Source: an uncultured bacterium (GTDB lineage: Bacteria > Patescibacteriota > Microgenomatia > Levybacterales > UBA12049). From it: a stretch of DNA of 64,000 nucleotides. This document shows, in pieces, positions 47,399 through 56,989 of this stretch. The position numbers were made by a program, and so were the translations under genes. How positions within the stretch are numbered: position 1 is the stretch's first letter; every line of letters starts with the position of its first letter. The notes under the pieces are model-generated. The model searched no databases, was not told the DNA's origin, and saw only the letters and a program-made list of their open reading frames with translations. Location: assembly GCA_963826535.1 (NCBI GenBank), contig CAWGXL010000002.1, positions 96,654-160,653 of the forward strand, read 5' to 3'.

Positions 47399-47845
47399 CT
47401 AAATTTTTGTTTTCAATTCCTTACGAAACTTGTTTATAAAATCTCCGGGTTTTAACACTTCAATCGGCTTTAGGTACTCAATAACACCCTTTTTGAAAAA
47501 TCCTTTATCAAAAGAAATAACGAACTGAATACGTGTAGCCCGTTTTGCTGCGGCAATGATTGGCTCATCTTTGAAATTACTAAACGCGTCGTGCGCTTTT
47601 TTAATCTCTTCTTCGGTGGCATCATCGACAATTGTAAGAATGTTTTTACTGAGTATCGCTTCAAATCTGAGCGTTTCTTGCTCATTCCCATCTTTTATAT
47701 TGTTATTTTGCACTTCAAATACGACTTTTTTCGAAATATAGCATTTCAGTTTCCCCCGTATACAGTAGTCTATAATGAACGCAGAGGCTCCCTTTTTGGA
47801 TCTACAGAATGACAGCAGTACCGATGAGTCAAGAAATATATGCAT
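47399..47845 (-). CDS. PIN-domain toxin (VapC-like)
   Basis: MHIFLDSSVLLSF... N-terminal PIN signature with acidic residues. Its start overlaps the stop of the upstream antitoxin gene. Confidence 0.6.
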   Translation of the reverse strand: MHIFLDSSVLLSFCRSKKGASAFIIDYCIRGKLKCYISKKVVFEVQNNNIKDGNEQETLRFEAILSKNILTIVDDATEEEIKKAHDAFSNFKDEPIIAAAKRATRIQFVISFDKGFFKKGVIEYLKPIEVLKPGDFINKFRKELKTKI

Positions 47846-48126
47846 TATGGGAGATCAGACAAACGTTTTTCAACCTCGGAAGCAAGCGGCTCCGGCAGCT
47901 TATCTTCTTTCACCCATTCATCAATTTGATTTTTGCTAAACTTCCTGTAGTCAGCATAATGTGCAACTTTTCTTGATTGAATAATGAGCTTATCTCCCTC
48001 CACTTTCGCTTTTGCCACGTCTCCTTCGTCAAGACCCAATTGTTTACGAAATTGTTTTGGAATAGTGATGACCCCTTTCGGCAAAATCTTGATCCATGTT
48101 TCCCGTGATTTAATTTGTGTTTGCAT
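47845..48126 (-). CDS. AbrB/MazE/SpoVT-family antitoxin
   Basis: KGVITIPKQFRKQLGLDEGDVAKAKVEGDKLII is a swapped-hairpin AbrB-type DNA-binding domain. Length is 93 aa. Confidence 0.6.
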   Translation of the reverse strand: MQTQIKSRETWIKILPKGVITIPKQFRKQLGLDEGDVAKAKVEGDKLIIQSRKVAHYADYRKFSKNQIDEWVKEDKLPEPLASEVEKRLSDLP

Positions 48127-48247
48127 ATTTCACCTTCTATGGAATTAACAGAATTCCATATTGCCATATTAAGTTATTACGAGAGGGAAGTCAAGCTCAA
48201 ATTTAGGATAAATGTCAACTTTGCTACTAATTTTACAAACTAATGGT

Positions 48248-48658
48248 TTAGCGGGGCATTGGCTTGTAAATGATTGCTGATTTATTACAAGAAACTTTTA
48301 GATCAATTATTGTAGTTTTATCGTTCCCGGGTTTTGGTGTTATATCGTATTTTTTTATACTTCTTAGATCCCAAAAGGAAAACATTTCTCTATGAGAAAT
48401 GGTTTGCGGTAACTCATTACTTAAATCTGGGTTGTTTATTTTAGTTTCCTCTGTAGCCCTTATCTCTAGAGAACCACCATTTTTAACTATTGCTAGCAAG
48501 CCTCCTATTTTTTCCGGCTCATTTATTGTCGGATGTATGATTTTGCCTTTTTCTTTTGGTCCTGTATTGCAATCAACTAAATCTGATCTATCTCCTTCTG
48601 CACAACCTACAAGTAAAGTTGTTGCTAAGGCAAGCTCTCCTAGTTCTATTCCTCTCAT
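48248..48658 (-). CDS. Putative lipoprotein
   Basis: Signal peptide with a lipobox (LLVGC). Confidence 0.5.
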   Translation of the reverse strand: MRGIELGELALATTLLVGCAEGDRSDLVDCNTGPKEKGKIIHPTINEPEKIGGLLAIVKNGGSLEIRATEETKINNPDLSNELPQTISHREMFSFWDLRSIKKYDITPKPGNDKTTIIDLKVSCNKSAIIYKPMPR

Positions 48659-48707
48659 AGGTGCATTATAACACGTCTTATAAGACTGTCAACGCCTGAG
48701 TTAATTT

Positions 48708-51113
48708 TTAACTTATAAGTAATTGAATATTGCTTGCACCGTCAATTCCCACATTAACATTTTTTCCTCTGGCAATTTCTCCTGTTAATTTTTGCTTGGC
48801 AATCAAGTCTTCAATATTATCTTGAATATAGCGTTTGATCGGTCTGGCCCCGAATTGCGGATCAAACCCTTCCTGGGCAATTTTTTCAATCACCGCCTCG
48901 TCGAAAGTTATTTTGATATCCTGCTTATCCAAGTCCATCGTTATTTTCTTAAGGAGCAAATTTACTACTTTTTTCACGTCTGACGGACTCAAGGGCTTGA
49001 AGGTAATAACACCATCAAAGCGATTTAATAATTCCGGTTTGAATATTTTTTCGGTTTGTAAGTGATCCAAAAGCCTTGTGTGAAATTTTTTATCAAGCAT
49101 AGTTCCTTTATTCACTTCTTGTCTTATAAATTCCGAGCCTGCATTTGAAGTGGCTATGATAAGGGCATTGTCAAAAGACACAGTTACTCCTTTGTTATCG
49201 GTTAACCTTCCATCATCAAAAACTTGTAAAAATAAATTAAGGATTTTAGGATGTGCTTTTTCAAATTCATCAAGCAACACAAGCGACGCAGGCGCGTCTT
49301 TAATTTTATCGGTTAATTCTCCTCTTTCATTTCCTTCGCCAGGTGGAGCTCCCAAAAGTCTTCGCATCCCAATCTCATCTGTATATTCACTCATATCCAG
49401 CCGTATCATCTTGCTCTCTCCTCCGTAATATAGATCCGCTAGCGCTTTAGTTGTTTCGGTTTTACCCACACCGGTTGGACCAAGGAAGAGAAAGGATATT
49501 GGTTTTTGAGACGTTGCCATACCTGAACGCGCTCTGCGCATAGCCTCAGCAATAGCAGTTACAGCTTCTTTCTGGTCAATGATCCGTTCATGTAATTTAT
49601 CTTCTAAATGGAGAAGTACATCTATTTCTTTCTTATCAGGCATGGCAATCGCCACATGCACCGTATCTTCAACATGTTTGACGATATGTTCTGCTAAGAC
49701 TATTTTTTTATTAATATGTTCAAAATTAGGTACAGCCGAAAGAGCAACTTTGTTTGCAACACTTTGGATCAAGGAAACTGCGTTCCCGGGCAGAGATTGA
49801 TCTTGAAAAAAGCGGTCTGCCAACTCTACCGCGCTATCAATTGCACGATAGCTTATGATGACTTTGTTCTTTTCTTCTATATCATGTGTTTTTTTCATAA
49901 CCATTTGGATGGCAGTATTTTTATCCGGTGGCTTGAGTTGTATAACTGTAAATACTTCTTTAAGTGGATTGCGATCCATATAAGATTTGTAATTTCCTGA
50001 AGATATTGTGGCTATTACCGGCAAATTACCGGATTTCAAATATGGCAGAAGCGCGCCGGAAATATCAAGATTGTAAGATGATGCTCCCATGATATTTTGA
50101 AGTTCAGGAATGTATAGAATTACATCAACCGCATGAGAAACTTCGGCGATTATTGTTTGTAAGCGTGTTTCAAGTTCATTTCGATTGCCTACCCCGGCAA
50201 TAAAAGTACCAAGCATAAGTTCTAATACACGGTGGTCATTTAGAAATGAAACAAGGTTGCCCTCAGCGCTGTTATATGCGAATGCTCTCACAATATTTTC
50301 TTTCCCACTGCCTGTATTTCCAACAAGGAGAACATTATTATTTTCAGCTCTTATCAACCCTTCTAATAGAGTCTTAAATTCTATTTCCCGGCCTGTGATC
50401 TGTGGTTTATTTTTATATGCTTCATAAGTGAAATTTTGAGTATATTTTTTGGTTTCAGGTGTCCAACCGGTTGTTAAGAAATCACCAATTCCTCCACCCG
50501 AAAAATGCAAACTGTGTTTTGGCGGGAATTCTTCGTCTGTGTATTCGGATCTTACCCAATAAAGTAAATTATTTAAATCATCTGTTTTTAATTGTTTGGC
50601 AAACAAGAGTTTACTTTCCGATTCGGTAAACATCAGATAAGCTATAAATATATCGAGTGTAGTAACAAATTTTCCTTTGAATGTTTTGGCAACCTCTAGT
50701 GCGCTTGAAGCAAGCGCCTGCGTTGCAAGAGCCTGCATAGCGATGTCCTTTTCGTTCATATTCGTTTTCTGCATAAAGCAGCGCACAGCCGGATATTTAA
50801 ATAATCTCCGAATAATTGCCGGCGTTGTGTTTTCGTTTAAAAACAGCGATAGGGCAGGCATAGTAAATGATTCATAGATTTTTTCACCGTTATTTTTATC
50901 AACTGTAAGTTTTGGGACAATTTTACTTATTTTATATCTGAAGAATATTTCGTTTATAAGAAATAGGTTTAGCAAAAATAAAGGAATTCGCAGAGACTCA
51001 TTTTGTGAAAATAAATATATTATAATTGAAATTAAAAAGAAGAAAATAAGCAAGCGAATTGACCTCACATATGCTTTGCGAAAAAATAAATTTAATTTTG
51101 TGTAAAGTTGCAT
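48708..51113 (-). CDS. Membrane-anchored ClpA/ClpB/ClpC-family AAA+ protein with two nucleotide-binding domains. The first appears catalytically inactivated.
   Basis: N-terminal TM helices. Clp_N-like repeats. D1 Walker A is GNTGSGKE (Thr replaced by Glu) and D1 Walker B is ILYIPELQ (Asp replaced by Pro). D2 is canonical (FLGPTGVGKTE, LVLLDEFEKAHP) with a ClpB_D2-small C-terminal domain. Confidence 0.75.
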   Translation of the reverse strand: MQLYTKLNLFFRKAYVRSIRLLIFFFLISIIIYLFSQNESLRIPLFLLNLFLINEIFFRYKISKIVPKLTVDKNNGEKIYESFTMPALSLFLNENTTPAIIRRLFKYPAVRCFMQKTNMNEKDIAMQALATQALASSALEVAKTFKGKFVTTLDIFIAYLMFTESESKLLFAKQLKTDDLNNLLYWVRSEYTDEEFPPKHSLHFSGGGIGDFLTTGWTPETKKYTQNFTYEAYKNKPQITGREIEFKTLLEGLIRAENNNVLLVGNTGSGKENIVRAFAYNSAEGNLVSFLNDHRVLELMLGTFIAGVGNRNELETRLQTIIAEVSHAVDVILYIPELQNIMGASSYNLDISGALLPYLKSGNLPVIATISSGNYKSYMDRNPLKEVFTVIQLKPPDKNTAIQMVMKKTHDIEEKNKVIISYRAIDSAVELADRFFQDQSLPGNAVSLIQSVANKVALSAVPNFEHINKKIVLAEHIVKHVEDTVHVAIAMPDKKEIDVLLHLEDKLHERIIDQKEAVTAIAEAMRRARSGMATSQKPISFLFLGPTGVGKTETTKALADLYYGGESKMIRLDMSEYTDEIGMRRLLGAPPGEGNERGELTDKIKDAPASLVLLDEFEKAHPKILNLFLQVFDDGRLTDNKGVTVSFDNALIIATSNAGSEFIRQEVNKGTMLDKKFHTRLLDHLQTEKIFKPELLNRFDGVITFKPLSPSDVKKVVNLLLKKITMDLDKQDIKITFDEAVIEKIAQEGFDPQFGARPIKRYIQDNIEDLIAKQKLTGEIARGKNVNVGIDGASNIQLLIS

Positions 51114-51116
51114 AAG

Positions 51117-51446
51117 CTATAAGAATAATATTAATACAGTGGCTATAGGAAATATCAGAAAAGAAAAGATTACTACGAATTCAATTAAAATTAAAATGAG
51201 GAAAATAAAAATATTTGCTATAATCAATCCGGTCTTGACGAGTATTCCGATTGCTCGGGAGAATCCTACTAATCCTTCTCTATATTCATTCTTAAGAGGC
51301 TTAAAGTAAGTTTTAATGCATAGAGAGAGAGCTGATAATTGAATGAAATAATTATTTAATGATACAAAATATACCAACATATCCCGCGGAGCATCTATAT
51401 ACCAAAATTTTAAAAAAGTAAAAGATAACAGCCATGAATTATTCAT
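51117..51446 (-). CDS. Small membrane protein
   Basis: 109 aa with a long hydrophobic C-terminal half. Confidence 0.4.
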   Translation of the reverse strand: MNNSWLLSFTFLKFWYIDAPRDMLVYFVSLNNYFIQLSALSLCIKTYFKPLKNEYREGLVGFSRAIGILVKTGLIIANIFIFLILILIEFVVIFSFLIFPIATVLILFL

Positions 51447-51582
51447 AGGTCTTTTTAAGTATATACCCCTCAGCTTTCAAAATTCAAATTAAAAATACCT
51501 GAGAGTTACCCGGCTTTAGCTCCATGCGGATTAGCATAAAAATTTCAGGTATAATTTACAACTGAAGGTAGTTTTTAAGAAG

Positions 51583-53193
51583 CTATTTTAGCGAGCCTAA
51601 AAGTTGTTGAAGTAGTGCAAGAATCTTTGCTAGAAGCTCCATAATCATTTGTATAATGCCTGATTCCCCGCCGCCGCCTTTACGGGAAGTTTTTTGCAAT
51701 GAACTTGGCTCTGCTGAGCTTGGTTCTATTTTCTCATTAGGAACCGATGATGGTTGTTGACCGCTATCACCTGGGGATTTAAGCTCTGGTTGACCGTCTG
51801 GTGATTTAAGCGTTTGTTTATCGACTGGTTTTGTAGGAACATCCGTGGTACAGGGATCACCACTCAGACAGTAAAAGTTGGTGGGGGAAATGTAGGGCGA
51901 AGATGGGTTGGGACCTTGAGGGGAAGTAGGGTTGTTACTCTGTGTGGGAAGAGCTGCAGTTTCTGCCACTATTGCCTTGCCCGCGTTTATACGACCATAT
52001 TGCCAGTTTTGTCCTGTTCCGGTAATTTTGTCTGCAGTTTCAAACAACCGTTGTACAACAGATGTTGCAGAAGTTCCGTATGAAGATGACCAGATAAGTC
52101 CCACAACGCCTGCGACCATTGGTGTTGACATGGATGTTCCGCTGAGGTAATCATAGTTTGTCTTTAAACCAGGTTTTAATTGCTGTAGCTTATAAGAGCT
52201 TATTGGAAGTGTTGAATAAATAACACTACCCGGAGCTGCAACGTCAACCCATGTCCCATAAGTTGAGAATGAAGACAACGCGTCTTTATTATCGGTTGAG
52301 GCAACCGCGATAACATTTTCGCAGTGAGCGGGGTAGTTAACCGTTTTGTTACCAAAGTTTCCTGCCGCAGCAGCCATAATTACACCTTTGTCCCAGGCAT
52401 ATTTCACAGCTTCACATTTTATATCTTGTCCGCTAGTGCCTCCCAGGCTCATATTTATTACTTTAGCTCCATTATCTGCTGCCCAGATAATCCCTTCCGC
52501 AACTGCTGAATCAGGACCGTAACCTTCATCATCTAAGATTTTCCCGATTATTAGATTACACCCAGGACACACGCCGGCAGTACCCACGGAATTATTAGTC
52601 GCAGCTGCAATAATGCCGGCGATATGTGTTCCATGACCGAACCCGTCGTCAATTCCGGACCCGCTAAAATCTTTCTTGCCGGTAATTTTCGCGGAAAGTT
52701 CAGGCTGATTGGAGTCAATACCGGTATCAAGGACAGCGATTAAAATACCATTGCCGAGGGTAACATCCCAGGCTGGTTCTACGTTAATATCGGCATGCAG
52801 CGATCCCGCTTCCCCCTTAATGGTTTGTCCTGTATTACTCAACCCCCATTGCTGATTATAATCAGGATCATTTGGAACCAAAAATGCTTGATTTAGATAA
52901 TCAGGCTCTGCCACTTCTATTAAATTATCTTTTTTCAACTGTTCAAGTATGGCATCTCCCTGGCCCTCCGGCACTTGGATTACAAGTCTATTGATCGCAT
53001 CAATCCGTTTAATAATCCGGGCATTATATTTATTTAAGTGTTCATTTATTGATTGCTCGGATACTCCTGGCTTATATTTTATAATTATTTGATCTTCAAC
53101 CCGTGGGCTGGAAGGGGAGGGAGGTAATGGTATTGAAGGCACTGTGCTCGATGGAGGTTCAATTACCTTTTCCTCTTGCCTTAATACAGCCAT
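51583..53193 (-). CDS. Subtilisin-like serine protease (peptidase S8) with an I9-type propeptide, a Pro/Ser-rich linker and a C-terminal hydrophobic tail
   Basis: Catalytic triad motifs VLDTGID, HGTHIAGIIAA, GTSMSTPMVAGV. An in-frame hydrophobic segment KKYILIFVVAAFLLLIIL lies immediately upstream of the first canonical ATG. The true start may therefore be upstream and non-canonical. Confidence 0.8.
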   Translation of the reverse strand: MAVLRQEEKVIEPPSSTVPSIPLPPSPSSPRVEDQIIIKYKPGVSEQSINEHLNKYNARIIKRIDAINRLVIQVPEGQGDAILEQLKKDNLIEVAEPDYLNQAFLVPNDPDYNQQWGLSNTGQTIKGEAGSLHADINVEPAWDVTLGNGILIAVLDTGIDSNQPELSAKITGKKDFSGSGIDDGFGHGTHIAGIIAAATNNSVGTAGVCPGCNLIIGKILDDEGYGPDSAVAEGIIWAADNGAKVINMSLGGTSGQDIKCEAVKYAWDKGVIMAAAAGNFGNKTVNYPAHCENVIAVASTDNKDALSSFSTYGTWVDVAAPGSVIYSTLPISSYKLQQLKPGLKTNYDYLSGTSMSTPMVAGVVGLIWSSSYGTSATSVVQRLFETADKITGTGQNWQYGRINAGKAIVAETAALPTQSNNPTSPQGPNPSSPYISPTNFYCLSGDPCTTDVPTKPVDKQTLKSPDGQPELKSPGDSGQQPSSVPNEKIEPSSAEPSSLQKTSRKGGGGESGIIQMIMELLAKILALLQQLLGSLK

Positions 53194-53718
53194 TAGAATT
53201 ATGAGAAGTAGAAACGCTGCAACAACGAAAATAAGAATATATTTTTTGGAGGTTTTAGATTTTTGCCCATCACCCGGTGTAGTACTGTCAGGTACCTTGC
53301 TCTGTAGGTTACCCTCTGGTACCTGGCTTTGGTCTTGTGATTGTGGTTTTTCTTGAGTATTTATTTCTTTTATAGTTAATTATTAGTGTAATATACATTT
53401 TTAATCCTTGTCAACAGGAAGACTGTTAGCTGACAAAGTGCTCGATCAGTCACGGTTTTCAATCGTGGTTAAAACTACATATATTATAGTATCGAAAAAA
53501 TCATCAAACAATTTTACCGTATAATTGAATTTTTTAAGGCTTTTGAGTGCGACAACACAGACTTACATATCAAAGAAATTGCATTTATTAAAGTCTCAAT
53601 AAAAATCCGGTTGCAAAGCGGAATGTAGAAGATATAATATATAAATCTAAAACGAACGCGACCCATAACGGAAATTTGTGCGCTCAGGCAGAATCGCTAT
53701 TCTAAAAGATAATAAAAT

Positions 53719-55044
53719 ATGAATATTACTATTGAGCATATAGAAGATGCTGCAAAGAGATTGAATGGTGTTATTTCAAAAACTCCCTTGCAATTTTCCA
53801 AAAGATTATCGGAAAAATTTGGAGCAAAAATTTATCTCAAAAGGGAGGACCAGCAGGAAGTGCGGTCTTTCAAGATACGCGGAGCATATAATAAAATTGC
53901 TTCTTTAACGTCCATTGAAAGAAGAAAAGGAGTTGTCAGTGCCAGTGCCGGTAATCATGCCCAGGGAGTAGCATACAGTTGTTCAGCACTCAAAATAAAA
54001 GGGACAATTTTCATGCCCGTAATTACGCCGACTCAAAAAATTGACAAAGTAAAACATTTTGGCCGGGAATTTGTAGAAGTGCGCTTAGTTGGCAACACTT
54101 ATGATGACGCCAGTATTGCTGCACACAAATTTTGTGATGAAAAAAACGCAGTATACGTACATCCGTTTGATGACCCACTTATAATTGCCGGACAGGGAAC
54201 GATCGGTAAAGAAATCTTTAATTCCCTCTCCCTTGAGGGGCGGACAGAGCGAAGCGAAGGAGCCCGCCTGCTTGACAGGGGCGAAGAGGGTCAGGGTGAG
54301 GGTGGAAAGATAGGAGATAATTTAGTAGTTATCGCTGCGATTGGTGGAGGTGGACTTATTTCAGGTATATCTTCATATCTCAAACAAAAAAATCCCAAAA
54401 TCTCAATAATCGGTATTGAGCCTGAGGGAGCTGCTGCAATGCATGAGTCACTCAAGCATAAAAAATTAGTAACGCTTGAGAAAATTGACACATTTGTAGA
54501 TGGAGCCGCAGTTAGAAGAGTTGGAGAAACTACGTTTGAAATTTGTAAAAAATATGTGGAAAGTGTTTACGTAGTGCCTGAAGGATTGATTTGCTCAATT
54601 ATGATTGAACTATACCAAAATGAAGGTATTATTGCCGAGCCTGCAGGAGCGCTTAGTGTCTCAGCGCTATTAACTCTAAAAGAAAAAATAAAAGGAAAGA
54701 CTGTTGTCTGCATTCTTAGCGGAGGCAATAATGATCTTTTGCGTTATCCTGAAATTATGGAGCGAAGCCTGGTTTATCAGGGAAGAAAACATTACTTTAT
54801 AATAGAATTCACACAAAAACCCGGACATCTGCGTAAATTTGTAGATCAGGCATTAGGACCAAATGACGACATTGCGCGTTTTGAGTATATTAAAAAAACA
54901 AATAAAGAAAAAGGCGCTGCGCTTATTGGTATTGAACTGCAAGACAAGAAAGATTTAGAACCACTTTTAAAACGTATGAAAGCGATCGAGTTAAATTTCC
55001 GCATACTGACAAGCGAAGAACTTCTATACAAGTATTTGATATAA
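53719..55044 (+). CDS. ilvA: Threonine ammonia-lyase (threonine dehydratase), PLP-dependent, with a C-terminal regulatory domain and an unusual ~28-aa GC-rich insertion
   Basis: KTPLQ...FKIRGAYNKI (PLP Lys), SAGNHAQGVAY, GGGGLISG. The insertion LEGRTERSEGARLLDRGEEGQGEGGKIG lies at 54235-54320. Confidence 0.75.
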   Translation: MNITIEHIEDAAKRLNGVISKTPLQFSKRLSEKFGAKIYLKREDQQEVRSFKIRGAYNKIASLTSIERRKGVVSASAGNHAQGVAYSCSALKIKGTIFMPVITPTQKIDKVKHFGREFVEVRLVGNTYDDASIAAHKFCDEKNAVYVHPFDDPLIIAGQGTIGKEIFNSLSLEGRTERSEGARLLDRGEEGQGEGGKIGDNLVVIAAIGGGGLISGISSYLKQKNPKISIIGIEPEGAAAMHESLKHKKLVTLEKIDTFVDGAAVRRVGETTFEICKKYVESVYVVPEGLICSIMIELYQNEGIIAEPAGALSVSALLTLKEKIKGKTVVCILSGGNNDLLRYPEIMERSLVYQGRKHYFIIEFTQKPGHLRKFVDQALGPNDDIARFEYIKKTNKEKGAALIGIELQDKKDLEPLLKRMKAIELNFRILTSEELLYKYLI

Positions 55045-55072
55045 TTGTACAAATTCTTATTTAAATGTATTT

Positions 55073-55453
55073 ATGATCAAAGCAATTCATACAAACAAAG
55101 CTCCTGCAGCAATATATCCCTATTCACAGGCAATGGTAGCAAATGGATTTATCTTTTGTTCCGGTCAAATCGGTTTAAATCCGAAAAACGGCAATCTGGT
55201 AGTTGGATTGGAAAATCAGACTAGGCAGGTTATAAACAATTTAAAAGAAGTATTAAAAGCATCTGATTCTGACCTGGATTTTGTCGTAAAAACTACAATT
55301 TATCTAAAAAATATTTCTGACTTTATGAGTGTAAATTCTATTTACGGCGAATACTTTTCTACTCACAAACCCGCACGATCTACTTTTGAAGTTGCCGCTT
55401 TACCCAAAGGAGCCCTTATTGAAATAGATGCAATAGCAATTAAGAAAGAATAA
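55073..55453 (+). CDS. ridA: RidA/YjgF-family reactive-intermediate deaminase
   Basis: 126 aa. ...AIYPYSQAMVANGFIFCSGQIGLNP... with C-terminal IEIDAIA. Confidence 0.75.
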   Translation: MIKAIHTNKAPAAIYPYSQAMVANGFIFCSGQIGLNPKNGNLVVGLENQTRQVINNLKEVLKASDSDLDFVVKTTIYLKNISDFMSVNSIYGEYFSTHKPARSTFEVAALPKGALIEIDAIAIKKE

Positions 55454-56357
55454 TTGCTCTCCAATCAGCTGCGAATCGCTGAATACCTGTAGTTGTAAGC
55501 TCATGTCTAATGTCAAGTTTATTTCCCTCTATTGCCCCCATAAACTCCGAAATTGTTTTGATTTTAATCAATTCCGGAGGCGGTTGCCAATAGGGTATAT
55601 CAGCAAGTCCTTTTGCATAAGCTTTCGCATCAAGCTCATTTTGTTGAATCTGAGAAAGCTTGAACCATTCGCGATACGCGCTTGCAGGAGCTGTTATGAT
55701 CTCAGCATTTAATTCAATACTTTGTTTGATATGCTCAACTTTTCGTAAAGATGAGGCAAGCATCCAAGTAATTGGCCCCTTTTCTTTAGTTAAAAAATGA
55801 CCTTTTATTTTCATGCCATTTTCTATAAGCCTTATACCATTCTGTCCTTTATCATCAAGCCTTCCGACAAACGGAGAAATAAATGGAGGCCATTGGTTTG
55901 AAGCATTTTTATTTGATTCTCTGATTATCCTCTCATGCAAATTGATCGCGAAAATTTGCTGTTGTGAGAATACAAGCGTATTATTGATCGGAATATTTTT
56001 TTCACGCAGCGATGAACGCGCCTTGAACCCTTCAAGTGTAGTTGGTAATTTTACGTAAATTCTTTTATCCCAACTTGCAATATCCTCCCCTTGTTCTATC
56101 ATCTCATCTGCGGTAGTTGATTCATCAGCATATACTTCGGCAGATACAGCGCCCGGAACCAATCCCAGAATTTCCATAACAATTTCCTTTTGCAATTCAA
56201 ATGCCTCACTTTGTCTAAGCTTGCGGTCTTTAAGCGTCTTTGCAATCAGAGTAGGATTGGTTGTAGCACCCCAGAGTCCAGAATTTTTTTCTTTGGCCAA
56301 TTTTGCTATTTCTTTATATTCCTGAACATCACCTGAATCGAGTAGAAACTTTGTCAT
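55440..56357 (-). CDS. tal: Transaldolase-family protein
   Basis: FLLDSGDVQEY...WGATTNPTLI are transaldolase/FSA motifs. Length is 305 aa. Confidence 0.7.
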   Translation of the reverse strand: MTKFLLDSGDVQEYKEIAKLAKEKNSGLWGATTNPTLIAKTLKDRKLRQSEAFELQKEIVMEILGLVPGAVSAEVYADESTTADEMIEQGEDIASWDKRIYVKLPTTLEGFKARSSLREKNIPINNTLVFSQQQIFAINLHERIIRESNKNASNQWPPFISPFVGRLDDKGQNGIRLIENGMKIKGHFLTKEKGPITWMLASSLRKVEHIKQSIELNAEIITAPASAYREWFKLSQIQQNELDAKAYAKGLADIPYWQPPPELIKIKTISEFMGAIEGNKLDIRHELTTTGIQRFAADWRAIILS

Positions 56358-56418
56358 GAAATTATAATACCATTTTTGGGTATTGACATCAATTGTTTTG
56401 TGTTATAAATTATATTTA

Positions 56419-56979
56419 ATGTCTAGTTTAACTGATAGTTTAAAAAACGCTCTTTCATCTTTAGTTTCTGGTGCAGGAGATGTTGTTGGTACAACCCGCG
56501 ATGTAGCAAAAGACACAGTTGTTAAAACTGTGAAAGCAAGCGGTGATATTGCCACAACATCGGTAGACACAGCAGGAAATGTTGTCACCGAAGGAGTTAC
56601 AGTCGCTTCTCAAACTGGAGTATCTACAATTCAAGCAGTAACCGGTTTGGTTACCGGCGCAATTGAAGGAGTTAAAGAAGTCGGAGGAAATGTAGGCGGT
56701 GCAGCTACAGAAGTTTCCCGGGATGCGGTAAAAGGCGTTAAAGCAATTGGCGGAGATGTAGGAGAAGCAGCAGTATCTGCGGTTGTAGGTTCAATTCAAG
56801 CCGCCCGTGATATTGGAGCTGATACCGGAGAACTTGCGAAAGATGCAGTAATGGGTACGTTAAAAGCAGCTGACGAAATCGGAAGCGAAGCCGGAAGTAT
56901 AGTTCGAAAAGCCCTTCTTAATGCAGCTGCACTGCCTCATGATATTATTGACGCGCTTCTGACCGGTAAAAAAGAATAA
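56419..56979 (+). CDS. Low-complexity Ala/Val/Gly/Thr-rich repeat protein (about 11-residue amphipathic repeats)
   Basis: Repeats of the form VxTxGxVxxxAxDxG. Start set at the internal ATG (MSSLTDSLK). Confidence 0.45.
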   Translation: MSSLTDSLKNALSSLVSGAGDVVGTTRDVAKDTVVKTVKASGDIATTSVDTAGNVVTEGVTVASQTGVSTIQAVTGLVTGAIEGVKEVGGNVGGAATEVSRDAVKGVKAIGGDVGEAAVSAVVGSIQAARDIGADTGELAKDAVMGTLKAADEIGSEAGSIVRKALLNAAALPHDIIDALLTGKKE

Positions 56980-56989
56980 AAAACTGCTT

